From: Nitrososphaerota archaeon | Lineage (GTDB): Archaea > Thermoproteota > Nitrososphaeria > PSMU01 | Direction: 5' to 3' | NCBI GenBank assembly: GCA_040290255.1 | Contig: PSMU01000002.1 | Coordinates: forward strand, 128,001 to 192,000 | Length of the DNA stretch: 64,000 nucleotides | In this document: positions 9,172-17,754 of the stretch, in pieces | Position numbering within the stretch: the stretch's first letter is position 1 | Layout: the number at the start of each line of letters is the position of its first letter | Position numbers and translations under genes: made by a program | Notes under the pieces: generated by a model | Database searches by the model: none | What the model saw: the letters and a program-made list of their open reading frames with translations, nothing else | What the model was told of the DNA's origin: nothing

Positions 9172-9906
9172 ATGAGGATCTTTGAGGTGGGCGTCTGGCG
9201 CCGCGATGCCCCACATGATATTATGCTGGCCTACGTAAAGGCCGCGGACCAGCATGAAGCGCTGGAGAAGATAAGGAGCATGCTGGGCGTGCGCGCGGGA
9301 AGGAAGAGGCTCGGCCTGGTGCTCATAAAGGGCTTCTCAGCAAAGGAGTGGGAGGAGATGGGCATGAAGCCCGCGCTGGGCAAGCCCGAGCCCGCGCTCG
9401 TGTCGCTAATTGAGGAGAATATCCGGCTCAGGCAGGTGGTGCAAGAGTTGAGGCATGCCCTTAGGAAGAGAAGCCCGGCGCGGGGAAGCGCGCTGGGGCT
9501 GGAGGAGGAGGAGAGCCTTGCCGCGCTCTTCAGGCGGGAGCTTTGGGCCAGGATCAGGAGGGAGCCCACGCTACCCGAGCTGAACGAGCTCGAGATGGTG
9601 CTGGAAGACCTGAAGAAGAGACAGGTTGCGTACACGGAGGCGAGGGAGCATGTCATAAAGCTCGCGGAGCAGCTGGAGCAGAGGGAGCTGGCCAGGGAGA
9701 TAGAGCTGCCTCGCAGCACCAAGGAGGCGAGCAGAACTAGGTTTGATGTGGGGGATATGGTAGTGCACAAGAGGCTGGGCAGGGCTGAGGTGCTGGCCGT
9801 ATGGCAGGATGAGGAGGAGGGCACCGTGTATTGGGTGGGCGTTTACATTAAGGGCCTTGGCGCGGCCATCATAGAGGCCGCGGAGCACGAGCTGGAAAAG
9901 GCCTAG
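9172..9906 (+). CDS. Hypothetical protein with coiled coil and C-terminal SH3/Tudor-like domain
   Basis: Host-like codon usage and TATA-like GCTTATCA upstream. LIEENIRLRQVVQELR coil; FDVGDMVVHKRLGRAEVLAVW beta-barrel motif. Confidence 0.65.
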   Translation: MRIFEVGVWRRDAPHDIMLAYVKAADQHEALEKIRSMLGVRAGRKRLGLVLIKGFSAKEWEEMGMKPALGKPEPALVSLIEENIRLRQVVQELRHALRKRSPARGSALGLEEEESLAALFRRELWARIRREPTLPELNELEMVLEDLKKRQVAYTEAREHVIKLAEQLEQRELAREIELPRSTKEASRTRFDVGDMVVHKRLGRAEVLAVWQDEEEGTVYWVGVYIKGLGAAIIEAAEHELEKA

Positions 9907-9973
9907 CCACGGACCCTCTTGGCCTCGCCTTCTAGGGCGAGAGCGTTAAAGCAGGCCATCGCCACGGCGTGAT

Positions 9974-10882
9974 ATGGAGCTGGCCGCCCTAGGGGAAGAG
10001 GCCAGACGGGCCTCCCCTGAGCTGTACAGGGACCTGCTGGAGAGCGCCGGCAGGCTCCTCAGGCCCACCCTGCTGGAGCTACAGGCAAGAAGGGCTTACG
10101 TGCTGGGCGACCTCCACGGCGACCTTGAGAGCCTCGTGAAGCTTCTCGAAGGCCTGGGCCTGGAGGAAGAGGGCACCCTGCTCATCCTCCTGGGCGACTT
10201 TGTGGATAGGGGGCCTGAGCAGGTCGAGCTGCTCTACTTGCTTCTCAGGCTGAAGTTACAGCTACCTAACAGAATCGTCTTGCTGAGGGGGAACCATGAG
10301 GGACCGCCCTGGCTGCCCGTCTTCCCCCACGACTTTCCGGACAGGCTGGCACGGCGTTATGGCGCTGCGGCCGGCGAGCTCTACCAGAAGTGCGTGGAGC
10401 TCTTTGACGCCCTCCCTCACGCCTGCCGCCTGGGCGATGTGCTCCTCCTGCACGGCGGGCTGCCCCACAGGGCCAGGAGGCTCGAGGAGTTAAGGAACCC
10501 CGAGCCGGAGGTCCTCGAAGAGCTCCTCTGGAACGACCCCAGCGAAGAAGTGGCTTGGGCGGAGCCCTCCCCTAGGGGGGCCGGCTACCTTTTCGGCCGA
10601 GCGGTTACGGAGCGATTTTTCGCTGAGAACGACCTGCGCCTCTTGGTAAGGGGCCATGAGCCCTGTGAAGGGTTCAAGGTCAACCACCGAGGCTCTGTGC
10701 TTACGCTCTTTTCAAGGCTGGGCCCGCCCTACTACAATGCGAGGGCCGCCCTGCTCGACTTGGTCCTTCAGGGAGGGCGCCTGGCTATCGATGAAAGCCG
10801 GTTGAGGCTGCTCGAGCAGGACAGGGGGGTTGAAGAAAGGAGATGGGTCGCGCTACGGCCTCTCCTGAAGCAGCAGGAATAG
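9974..10882 (+). CDS. PPP-family Ser/Thr protein phosphatase
   Basis: GDLHG, GDFVDRG, LRGNHE, HGG, LWNDP, RGAG.FG, RGHE and TLFS motifs. Confidence 0.92.
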   Translation: MELAALGEEARRASPELYRDLLESAGRLLRPTLLELQARRAYVLGDLHGDLESLVKLLEGLGLEEEGTLLILLGDFVDRGPEQVELLYLLLRLKLQLPNRIVLLRGNHEGPPWLPVFPHDFPDRLARRYGAAAGELYQKCVELFDALPHACRLGDVLLLHGGLPHRARRLEELRNPEPEVLEELLWNDPSEEVAWAEPSPRGAGYLFGRAVTERFFAENDLRLLVRGHEPCEGFKVNHRGSVLTLFSRLGPPYYNARAALLDLVLQGGRLAIDESRLRLLEQDRGVEERRWVALRPLLKQQE

Positions 10883-11281
10883 CCCCTTCTGTTCGGAAAA
10901 GGACCTGATAGCCCTGTGAGAGGTGGTCAGGATGCCCAGCTCTACGAAGGGATGCACGCGCGCTTCCAGCAGATGCCCTGCCAGGGCCCTGTAGTCGCGG
11001 CCCGCGAGCGTGGCGTGCAGGTGCACGTGGGGCTCGCCATCCAGCAGCGCGGCATTGCCCAGAAGGGAGACCAGCTCCAGCTGCTCCTCCAGCTCCCTCT
11101 CGACATATGACCTGGACGAGAAGTCAAAGTACCCCAGCTTGGCCCTTGATAGGCCACCGATGCCAAACAGAAGGGCGCCCTGCACCTTCAGCTCGGACAG
11201 CAGGCGCTTTACATGTGAGTGAAGATCCGCCCCCTCGGGCACCCTGATAAGGTAGGCCATGTCCGAGGGCCCCTCTTTCAA
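10853..11281 (-). CDS. PPC/DUF296 domain protein
   Basis: GIGGL, ELVSLLGN, HVHLH and AGHL motifs. True start may be ATG 11260. Confidence 0.88.
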   Translation of the reverse strand: MKEGPSDMAYLIRVPEGADLHSHVKRLLSELKVQGALLFGIGGLSRAKLGYFDFSSRSYVERELEEQLELVSLLGNAALLDGEPHVHLHATLAGRDYRALAGHLLEARVHPFVELGILTTSHRAIRSFSEQKGLFLLLQERP

Positions 11282-11285
11282 CTCC

Positions 11286-11747
11286 TTAACCCTTCTCCTC
11301 CCAGCCCGGCACGATCGAGCCCTCCTTCCACACGCGGAAGACGGGGATGATCTGGTTTACTGTGATGGCCCCCGCCCCCTTGACCGCCTGCCCTATAAGC
11401 GCTCCCAGCTCCTCAAGGCTGCGGGCCCTAACTTTGATCAGCAGGTCGCCCATGCTGTGGACGCCGTGCACCTCCAGCACATTATCATGCTGCGAGAGCC
11501 TCGAGGCGACCTCCTGAACGTCGCCCCTGACCGACAGGAGCGCGAAGGCGAGCACCGGCAGGCCCAGCCTCTCGGCGTTCAGGTCAACGGTGAAGCGAGT
11601 TATGATGCCCGCGCCCACCAGCCTCTTCACGCGATGCCTGATGGTCCCCTCCGCCACGCCCAGCTCCTTCGCCAGCCTCACGAAGGGCCTTATGCAGTTC
11701 TCCTTTAGTTTCCTCAGGATCTTTAGGTCGAGCTCGTCCAAGAGCAT
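11286..11747 (-). CDS. Lrp/AsnC family transcriptional regulator
   Basis: LDELDLKILRKL..N.R...LAKELGVAEGTIRHRVKRL HTH plus a C-terminal RAM-like domain. Start refined to ATG 11747. Confidence 0.92.
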   Translation of the reverse strand: MLLDELDLKILRKLKENCIRPFVRLAKELGVAEGTIRHRVKRLVGAGIITRFTVDLNAERLGLPVLAFALLSVRGDVQEVASRLSQHDNVLEVHGVHSMGDLLIKVRARSLEELGALIGQAVKGAGAITVNQIIPVFRVWKEGSIVPGWEEKG

Positions 11748-11748
11748 G

Positions 11749-11825
11749 TTGCAGAAATCGTAAGGCTCTCTAAAAATGATTACGAAAAACATAAATAGGG
11801 GCGCCCTTTCTTAGGAAACAGGTGA
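11749..11825. promoter_or_regulatory. Three phased 15-bp Lrp-type operator boxes
   Basis: TTGCAGAAATCGTAA (11749), TTACGAAAAACATAA (11780) and TTAGGAAACAGGTGA (11811), each starting 31 bp after the last; consensus about TTACG-W5-CGTAA. Confidence 0.55.
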
Positions 11826-11831
11826 TCCGAA

Positions 11832-12050
11832 ATGAGGACCTGGGTCATGGTCCTGGGTTGGATCGGAGTCGTCTTGGGCCTCGTCCTTTGGGCCCTGGGC
11901 TTCGCCAACGTGGGCCCTAGGCTGGCCCTTGAGCTGACGGGCCTTCTGCTGCTGGTGCTAGGGGCGGCCACCGAGGGCTACTACTTCGGCGCCCGCCGAT
12001 ACTCGAGGCAGGCGGAGGCCAGGGCTCCGAGGACTGGAGGCACCACCTAA
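11832..12050 (+). CDS. Small two-TM membrane protein
   Basis: GGTGA SD-like motif upstream, two hydrophobic helices, followed by a T-tract. Confidence 0.7.
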   Translation: MRTWVMVLGWIGVVLGLVLWALGFANVGPRLALELTGLLLLVLGAATEGYYFGARRYSRQAEARAPRTGGTT

Positions 12051-12052
12051 GC

Positions 12053-12061
12053 CTCTTTTTT
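12053..12061 (+). terminator. Oligo-T archaeal terminator candidate
   Basis: CTCTTTTTT immediately after the 12050 stop, between convergent genes. Confidence 0.45.
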
Positions 12062-12064
12062 GCG

Positions 12065-13279
12065 CTACTCGTACCTTAGCGCCTTCACGGGTTCAATTCT
12101 CGAAGCCCTTAGCGCCGGATATAGGGCCCCCAGCAGGCCCACGGCCAGCGCTACAGCGAAGGAGATGAGCAGGATCTCGGGCGAGATGACAGGCTCGTAG
12201 CTCGGCAGCTGAAAGCCCCTGCCGGAGGGAGAAGCGGCCCTTATCGATGAGAAAGCCAGAGGCAGAAGGTAAGAGCCTCCGATCCCCGCGGCCATGCCGA
12301 GGAGCCCGCCGAGCACGGCTATTACGGCCGCCTCCGATAGGAAGAGCAGGAGTATGTCGCCATCCTTGAACCCTATCGCCTTTAGGATGCCTATTTCCCT
12401 GGTCCTTTCATATACCGAGACCAGCATGATGTTCATGATGCCCAGTCCCGCCACGCTGAGGGAGATACCCGCCACGGAGCCCAGCAGGATGCTCAGCTGG
12501 GCCAAGATGGCGGAGGCCGTCTGGGCCACCTGCTGTACCGTGAGCACCTGTGCCGTATCGCCGTAAAGGGCCACGAGCTGCTGCCTGACCTGCTCCAAAT
12601 GCGATATGTCGCTCACCCTCACCAGCAGGTAGGTGTAGCTCTGCCGGTTCAGTAGGCGAAGGCCTGCTTTGAGGGGCACGAAGATGGAGCTGTCCACGGG
12701 TATAAAGGGGCTGGCGCTGTACTTGGCCAGGAGGCCTATGACGCTAACGGATGCCGTGCGCAGGCCCATGGGGGTCGGCTGGTAGAGCAGCAAGGGCTGG
12801 CCCACATAAATGGCCTGCCTGCCGCCCTCCGAAAGGGGAAAGGATAGGTCATATCCCACCACGGCCAGCGGCACATCCTCCGAACCGTACACGGTGCCCT
12901 GCACCATGTTGACCTGGCCCAACAGCTGCAGCAGCCCCTGGCTGTCCACGCCTATGATGTTGACCTGCACCTGCTGCCCGCCCAAGGAGAGCAGGGCTCT
13001 CCCGCTCACCACGGGTATCACGTTCTCCACGTAAGGCAGCGAGGAGAGCTGGGCGACGTCCGCCGGCGTCAGGGGCGAGGATTGGCCTATGATGAAGATG
13101 GAAGTGGGGCCGAGGCTCTGGAGGGAGCCGACGATGCTCGCCCCTATGCCCGCCGTCTGCGAGACGAGCGCTATGATGCTGGCCACGCCTATGGCCACGC
13201 TGAGGATCGTGAGGGCCGCGCGCGTCCTCCTCTCCCTTAGCGCCTTGGCCCCCAGCCGAAGGCCGTCGAGCGGCCTCAA
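12065..13279 (-). CDS. ABC transporter permease, MacB/FtsX family
   Basis: RAALTILSVAIGVASII, GIMNIMLVSVYERTREIGILKAIG and YPALRASRIEPVKALRYE motifs. Confidence 0.92.
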   Translation of the reverse strand: MRPLDGLRLGAKALRERRTRAALTILSVAIGVASIIALVSQTAGIGASIVGSLQSLGPTSIFIIGQSSPLTPADVAQLSSLPYVENVIPVVSGRALLSLGGQQVQVNIIGVDSQGLLQLLGQVNMVQGTVYGSEDVPLAVVGYDLSFPLSEGGRQAIYVGQPLLLYQPTPMGLRTASVSVIGLLAKYSASPFIPVDSSIFVPLKAGLRLLNRQSYTYLLVRVSDISHLEQVRQQLVALYGDTAQVLTVQQVAQTASAILAQLSILLGSVAGISLSVAGLGIMNIMLVSVYERTREIGILKAIGFKDGDILLLFLSEAAVIAVLGGLLGMAAGIGGSYLLPLAFSSIRAASPSGRGFQLPSYEPVISPEILLISFAVALAVGLLGALYPALRASRIEPVKALRYE

Positions 13280-14853
13280 GCCCTCCTCCTGCCCAGCGCG
13301 TAGCCAGCGGCAAGCGAGACAGCGCCCACCGCCACCAATGCCAGCCAGGGCAGGACCCCGGCGCCAAGAGGCCTTTGAGGGGTGCTCGTGCTAGGCGCGG
13401 GCCTTACCAGCGTCACGTCGACACTTAGCCTCTGCGTAGAGGAAAGGCCTAGATTATCCTGATAGGAGATGAGCACCGGCAGCATGTACGCTCCGGGTAA
13501 TGTGTCGTTCTTAGCCTGAAACGTGAGCGTGACCGTTGAGGGGCTCCTGGGCGGCAGGTCGCCCAAGTAGATGGAGCGCCGCCCGAAGATGATGATGCCC
13601 TGGGGCGGCTGCGGAGTGACGAGCACGTTCAGCGCGGGCGTGGTGCCCAGGTTCACGAGCGTTATCGTGATCGAGAAGACATCGCCGGGCGCGGGTGCCG
13701 TGGGGAGCACCGTGCTATCCACCCCGCTGATGTTAACGAGCCCCCTGACCAGAAGGCCCAGGCTCCTGGCCTCCTGGTAGGGCAGGCCATCGGCCCCATA
13801 ATATGTGAGCGACACCTGCAACGAAGCGAAGCTCTGCGCGGAAGGTGATACGTAGAGCCGCCCCTGCACGGAGATCCTCTCACCTGGCCCCAGCGCTTTG
13901 CTCACGAAGAGGCTTGGGGACAGCCAGGTGAGGCCGCCCCCAACGCCTGAGAAGGAGGCCTGCAGGCCATAGATGTTCGTGGCGGCGGTGTTGGCGAAGG
14001 TCAGCGTAACGCTGTTTATGCTCGATGCGTTCAGCACCGAGGGCTCTACGCTCACGTCCAATGGCGAGGTCCGGGGCAGGCCCGTTATGTAGAAGAAGAG
14101 AAGGCGCTGCGCGCTCCTGCGCAACCCATAGGCATCCGCATAATAAAAGGTAAGGCTGAGCGACCCCACCGAGCCGGCCAGGGTGCTGGAGGCGTAGAGG
14201 CTGACGTTGAAGCGGTAGAGGGCGCCGCTGGGAAGGTCGGCGATGAGCGGAAGTCGCGAAAGAAGGCCGAGCCCCGGGCTGGGGCTGGCAAAGAGCTCTA
14301 GGTCGCTGGCGTTGCCGCTGCCCAAGTTGCTAACTTGCAGGCTTATATGGTTGACCTCGCCCGCTATGAGGGAGCTTGCGCTGGCGGCCACCTCAAGGTA
14401 GGGCCTTCCCCTGAGCGGCAAGCTGAAGGTCAGGTCCTGCTCCAGCGCATAGCCTCCCGTAACATTCCACAGCAGGCGCAGCGCGAAGGTATAGGGGCCG
14501 GGCTTCACGTCCGGCGAAATTTTGAGCGGGAAGCTCAGCGTCAGGAAGCTGCCCTGGGAAACGGGCGGCCCATAGGCAACGGAGGCGTTGCCGCCGCTTA
14601 GATCCGAGAAGCCGGGGGGCAGGCTCAATGTCCCCTGAACCAGGAAGGCGCTACAGGCACCATAGTAGAGCAGCGTGACGGCAAGGGGCACGTTCGTATC
14701 GCCCGGCGAGGCGTCCGCCGGCGCGTTAGGCGCGCCCCAACCCGCGCCCACGAACTTGAACGAGGGCGAGCTGGGCACGCAGGAGGCCGCGGCGATCGCT
14801 GGGGCATAGGAGGCCAAGAGGAGGGCCGCCAAGAAGAGTGGATAGCGCCTCAT
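13276..14853 (-). CDS. COG1361-like surface/S-layer-domain protein
   Basis: Signal peptide, repeated Ig-like modules (N.G...A..L, Y.D..G) and a C-terminal TM anchor with an RRR tail; lies between ABC ATPase and permease. Confidence 0.75.
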   Translation of the reverse strand: MRRYPLFLAALLLASYAPAIAAASCVPSSPSFKFVGAGWGAPNAPADASPGDTNVPLAVTLLYYGACSAFLVQGTLSLPPGFSDLSGGNASVAYGPPVSQGSFLTLSFPLKISPDVKPGPYTFALRLLWNVTGGYALEQDLTFSLPLRGRPYLEVAASASSLIAGEVNHISLQVSNLGSGNASDLELFASPSPGLGLLSRLPLIADLPSGALYRFNVSLYASSTLAGSVGSLSLTFYYADAYGLRRSAQRLLFFYITGLPRTSPLDVSVEPSVLNASSINSVTLTFANTAATNIYGLQASFSGVGGGLTWLSPSLFVSKALGPGERISVQGRLYVSPSAQSFASLQVSLTYYGADGLPYQEARSLGLLVRGLVNISGVDSTVLPTAPAPGDVFSITITLVNLGTTPALNVLVTPQPPQGIIIFGRRSIYLGDLPPRSPSTVTLTFQAKNDTLPGAYMLPVLISYQDNLGLSSTQRLSVDVTLVRPAPSTSTPQRPLGAGVLPWLALVAVGAVSLAAGYALGRRRA

Positions 14854-15548
14854 CCTCCCACCACCTCTTCCCCCTCGATGCGGCCATCCCTGAGCCTGAC
14901 CATCCTCTGCGCGTATTTTACCAGCTCAAGGTTGTGCGTGGCCATGATCACGGTCACACCCCTCTCCCGGCATATGCGCTTCAGAAGCGTGGCCACCGCG
15001 TGGGCGGACTTGGAATCGAGATTACCGGTGGGCTCGTCGGCAAGGATCAAGGAGGGCTCATTGGCAAGCGCCCGCGCGATCGCGACGCGCTGCTGCTCGC
15101 CGCCGCTGAGCTCGGCCGGCTTCTTATTCAGATGCGCCGCGAGGCCCAGCTCCTCAAGAAGGGCGCGCGCCCTCCTTCTCCTCTCCTCTCCAGGTACGCC
15201 TGCCGCGGTCATCGGCAACTCGACGTTCTCCAGGGCGCTGAGGTAGCTCACGAGGTTATAGCTTTGGAAGACGAAGCCCAGCTCCCTGTTCCTGAGCTCG
15301 GCCAGCTCCCTGCGGCCCAGCTTGGCCACCTCGATGCCGCCCAGCAGCACCCTGCCACGGCTCGGAAGGGCCAGCGTGCCCGCGATGCTCAGCAGCGTGG
15401 ACTTCCCGCTGCCCGAGGGGCCCACGAGCGCCAGGAATTCGCCCTTGGCCACGCTCAGCGTCACGCCGCGCAGGGCCTCGAAGCTGGTCGCGCCCGTGCT
15501 GTAGACCTTCCAAACGTCCATGAGCTCCAAGAAGGGCTGGCGGCCCAT
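14850..15548 (-). CDS. ABC transporter ATP-binding protein (LolD/MacB-like)
   Basis: GPSGSGKST, GFVFQSYNL, LSGGEQQR and LADEPTGNLD motifs. Confidence 0.95.
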   Translation of the reverse strand: MGRQPFLELMDVWKVYSTGATSFEALRGVTLSVAKGEFLALVGPSGSGKSTLLSIAGTLALPSRGRVLLGGIEVAKLGRRELAELRNRELGFVFQSYNLVSYLSALENVELPMTAAGVPGEERRRRARALLEELGLAAHLNKKPAELSGGEQQRVAIARALANEPSLILADEPTGNLDSKSAHAVATLLKRICRERGVTVIMATHNLELVKYAQRMVRLRDGRIEGEEVVGG

Positions 15549-15632
15549 GGCCGGCCCGGGAGCGCGTTTCTATTAAGCGCTCCTGCATGGCGCGGAAAAG
15601 GCTTATATGCCCATCTTATCGGCCCGCGCGAC

Positions 15633-16550
15633 TTGCCGCCGCAGGCCAGTTACATCTGGATGGATGGCCAGCTGGTGCCCTGGGCCGAGGCCAAGGTGCA
15701 CGTCTTCACCCATTCGCTGCACTATGGCTCGGCCGTCTTCGAGGGCATAAAGGCCTACGAGGTGGACGGGGCGCTGTGCGTCTTTAGGCTTGAGGACCAT
15801 ATGAAGAGGCTTTTGCGCTCCGCGTCCCTGCTCCACCTTAATTGCAGGTTCAGCCTGGAGCAGCTCTGCGAAGCGGTCACCGCCCTGCTGAAGGCGAACC
15901 GCTTTCAGGATTCGGTCTACATCAGGCCCCTTCTCTATGTGGGGCCCTACGGCATCTCCTTGGACTATTCGGGCTTCGAGACCCATGTCGCCATCTTGGC
16001 CTTTCCCTTCAGGGCCTACTTTGAAAAGCTGGGGCTTCGGGTCTGCACCTCGAGCTGGAGGCGCCTTCCGGAAAGCTCCGTGCCGCTGCACGCGAAGGCT
16101 GCGGCCAACTACCTGAACCTCAGCCTTGCCACGATCGAGGCCCGCAGGGCGGGGTACGACGAGGCGATCCTCTTGGACCAAGAGGGCTTTGTGAGCGAGG
16201 GCGCGGGCGAGAACGTCTTCCTCGTCAAGGACAACAGGCTCATCACTCCATCGCCCGCCTCGTCGATCCTCCACGGCATCACGCGCCATACCGTGCTCAC
16301 GATGGCCAACGACATGGGCCTCGAGGTGGAGGAGAGGAGAGTGGCGAGGAGCGAGCTTTACGAGGCGGATGAGCTCTTCTTCACGGGCACCGCCACGGAG
16401 ATACAGTCCGTGCTCAGCGTCGATGGCCGCGAGATAGGGGGAGGCAAGCCCGGGAGGCTTACCCTGCAGCTCATACAGCTGTATGGGCGGACGGTGCGCG
16501 GCCAGGAGCCCAGGTACCTCTCCTGGGTCACTAAGGTCGACTGTAGGTAA
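15633..16550 (+). CDS. ilvE: Branched-chain amino acid aminotransferase
   Basis: HSLHYGSAVFEGIKAY, YIRP, AKAAANY, GYDEA, EGAGEN, ILHGITR and GTATEI motifs. TTG 15633 lies below GCTTATAT; the ORF-track N-terminal half is antisense to the ABC ATPase. Confidence 0.92.
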   Translation: MPPQASYIWMDGQLVPWAEAKVHVFTHSLHYGSAVFEGIKAYEVDGALCVFRLEDHMKRLLRSASLLHLNCRFSLEQLCEAVTALLKANRFQDSVYIRPLLYVGPYGISLDYSGFETHVAILAFPFRAYFEKLGLRVCTSSWRRLPESSVPLHAKAAANYLNLSLATIEARRAGYDEAILLDQEGFVSEGAGENVFLVKDNRLITPSPASSILHGITRHTVLTMANDMGLEVEERRVARSELYEADELFFTGTATEIQSVLSVDGREIGGGKPGRLTLQLIQLYGRTVRGQEPRYLSWVTKVDCR

Positions 16551-16573
16551 AGAATTAAAAAAGAACTTCTCAG

Positions 16574-17143
16574 CTACGGCAGCCGCGCTTCCAGCTGCGT
16601 TAGGAGGACCACGGAGGAGTTCGCGCCATCGCTTATGACGAGCTTCGTCAGGCTTACGATTAGAGAGACCGTATCGCCCGGGGCCAATCCAGCTACGGTG
16701 CTGTTGAGCACCCTGGCCTGTATTGAGATGGTGCCCGTGGTTGCATCGATGGCGACGGCGGTGACGTTCAGCTTGGCCTTGCCCAAGCCGTCGACCTCTA
16801 AGGAGGCGCGCTTGCCCTCCTGTAGATTGGCCTCGAGCTGAACCCTATCGCCCTTTGCGATGCCCGTGATGCTGGAAGAATTTATGAAGCCCTTCAGCTC
16901 TACGTGGCCCAGGCCGAGGTCCTCTTCATGCTCTTCATCTTCGCCCCGAACTCCCTGAACGCCCTGATGCTCGTCGTCGTGGTGCTCGTGCTCATGTTCC
17001 TCATCGAGCGCCTGAGGCTGTGTGGCCTGCGGCGCCACCTGATGGCTGAGGCTCATCGATAACGGCGTGGCCACCGCCGCGGCGGCCACGGCCGCCACCA
17101 GGCCCAGAGCCAGAAGCGCCGCCAGCGCTTGGGTCGTCAGCAT
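16574..17143 (-). CDS. Secreted/anchored hypothetical protein with His/acidic-rich tract
   Basis: ATG 17143, hydrophobic signal peptide, DEEHEHEHHDDEH tract and a beta-rich C-terminal part. Confidence 0.6.
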   Translation of the reverse strand: MLTTQALAALLALGLVAAVAAAAVATPLSMSLSHQVAPQATQPQALDEEHEHEHHDDEHQGVQGVRGEDEEHEEDLGLGHVELKGFINSSSITGIAKGDRVQLEANLQEGKRASLEVDGLGKAKLNVTAVAIDATTGTISIQARVLNSTVAGLAPGDTVSLIVSLTKLVISDGANSSVVLLTQLEARLP

Positions 17144-17183
17144 GGCGGCCCCCCTTCTCCTACGCCGGATATGAGGGCCTAGA

Positions 17184-17209
17184 TTGAAACACGTTTCAGG
17201 TCGTTTCAA
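17184..17209. promoter_or_regulatory. Palindromic operator candidate
   Basis: TGAAAC-AC-GTTTCA (17185-17198) plus a second GTTTCA half-site 10 bp downstream, just upstream of the 17143 start. Confidence 0.45.
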
Positions 17210-17302
17210 GCCTCGCGCATGTAACGGCTGAGGAAGCCATGCGGGGCCCTTTGCCCATGCTCGCGTTCTCGGGGGGCAGAAGAACCTAAGGCCTATGCTA
17301 TC

Positions 17303-17695
17303 GTGGCCTCCTTACCAACTGGCACAGGCTCGACCCCAGTAAGGCGGAGAGAAGCGTCACAACCAGAGGCACGAGCGCGGCCAGGGCCACCAAGGCCAAG
17401 GCCGGCAGTCCCGCCGCCGAGGCCAGCATGTCCGACAATGAAGGGAAGGTGGAGCTGCGCCACTGGAGGGGTTGTTCTCGCCGACCTGCCTCTCATCGAC
17501 ATCAGCAACTTGAAGCTCCATGAATCTATCCTAACAGGGGAGTCGGTTCCAGTCGAGAAGATGGTCGATGCCATAGAAGGGGCCTTCCGGACGTACAGCC
17601 TATCCCTGGGAGACTGGATGGTGGCGACCCTGGCGGCTGTCACCATCTTTCCGGTGTTAGGGTTGGCGAAGGCCCTAATGCGTGCCAAAATATGA
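17303..17695 (+). pseudogene. Collapsed remnant of a P-type (Ca2+/cation) ATPase
   Basis: TGGVVLADLPLID..ESILTGESVPVEK (actuator TGES motif) is joined directly to a C-terminal-like FRTYSLSLGDW...LAK; no DKTGT and no core TM helices. Confidence 0.7.
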
Positions 17696-17754
17696 AAGCG
17701 ATCTTCCACTGGTCGAGGTAGGAAGATGGGATTTGGATGTTCGGTCGAGGGCCC

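Noticed and set aside
14838-15632. Apparent 570-aa IlvE with a long N-terminal extension (similar extensions on the MocA, DUF998, CoxG, DUF929 and Nudix ORFs)
   Set aside because: The extensions are mostly antisense to neighbouring genes; TATA or SD placement supports the shorter starts.
17183-17209. ATTGAAAC/GTTTCA resembling archaeal CRISPR repeat ends
   Set aside because: Single occurrence with no repeat-spacer periodicity and no cas genes; better explained as an operator.
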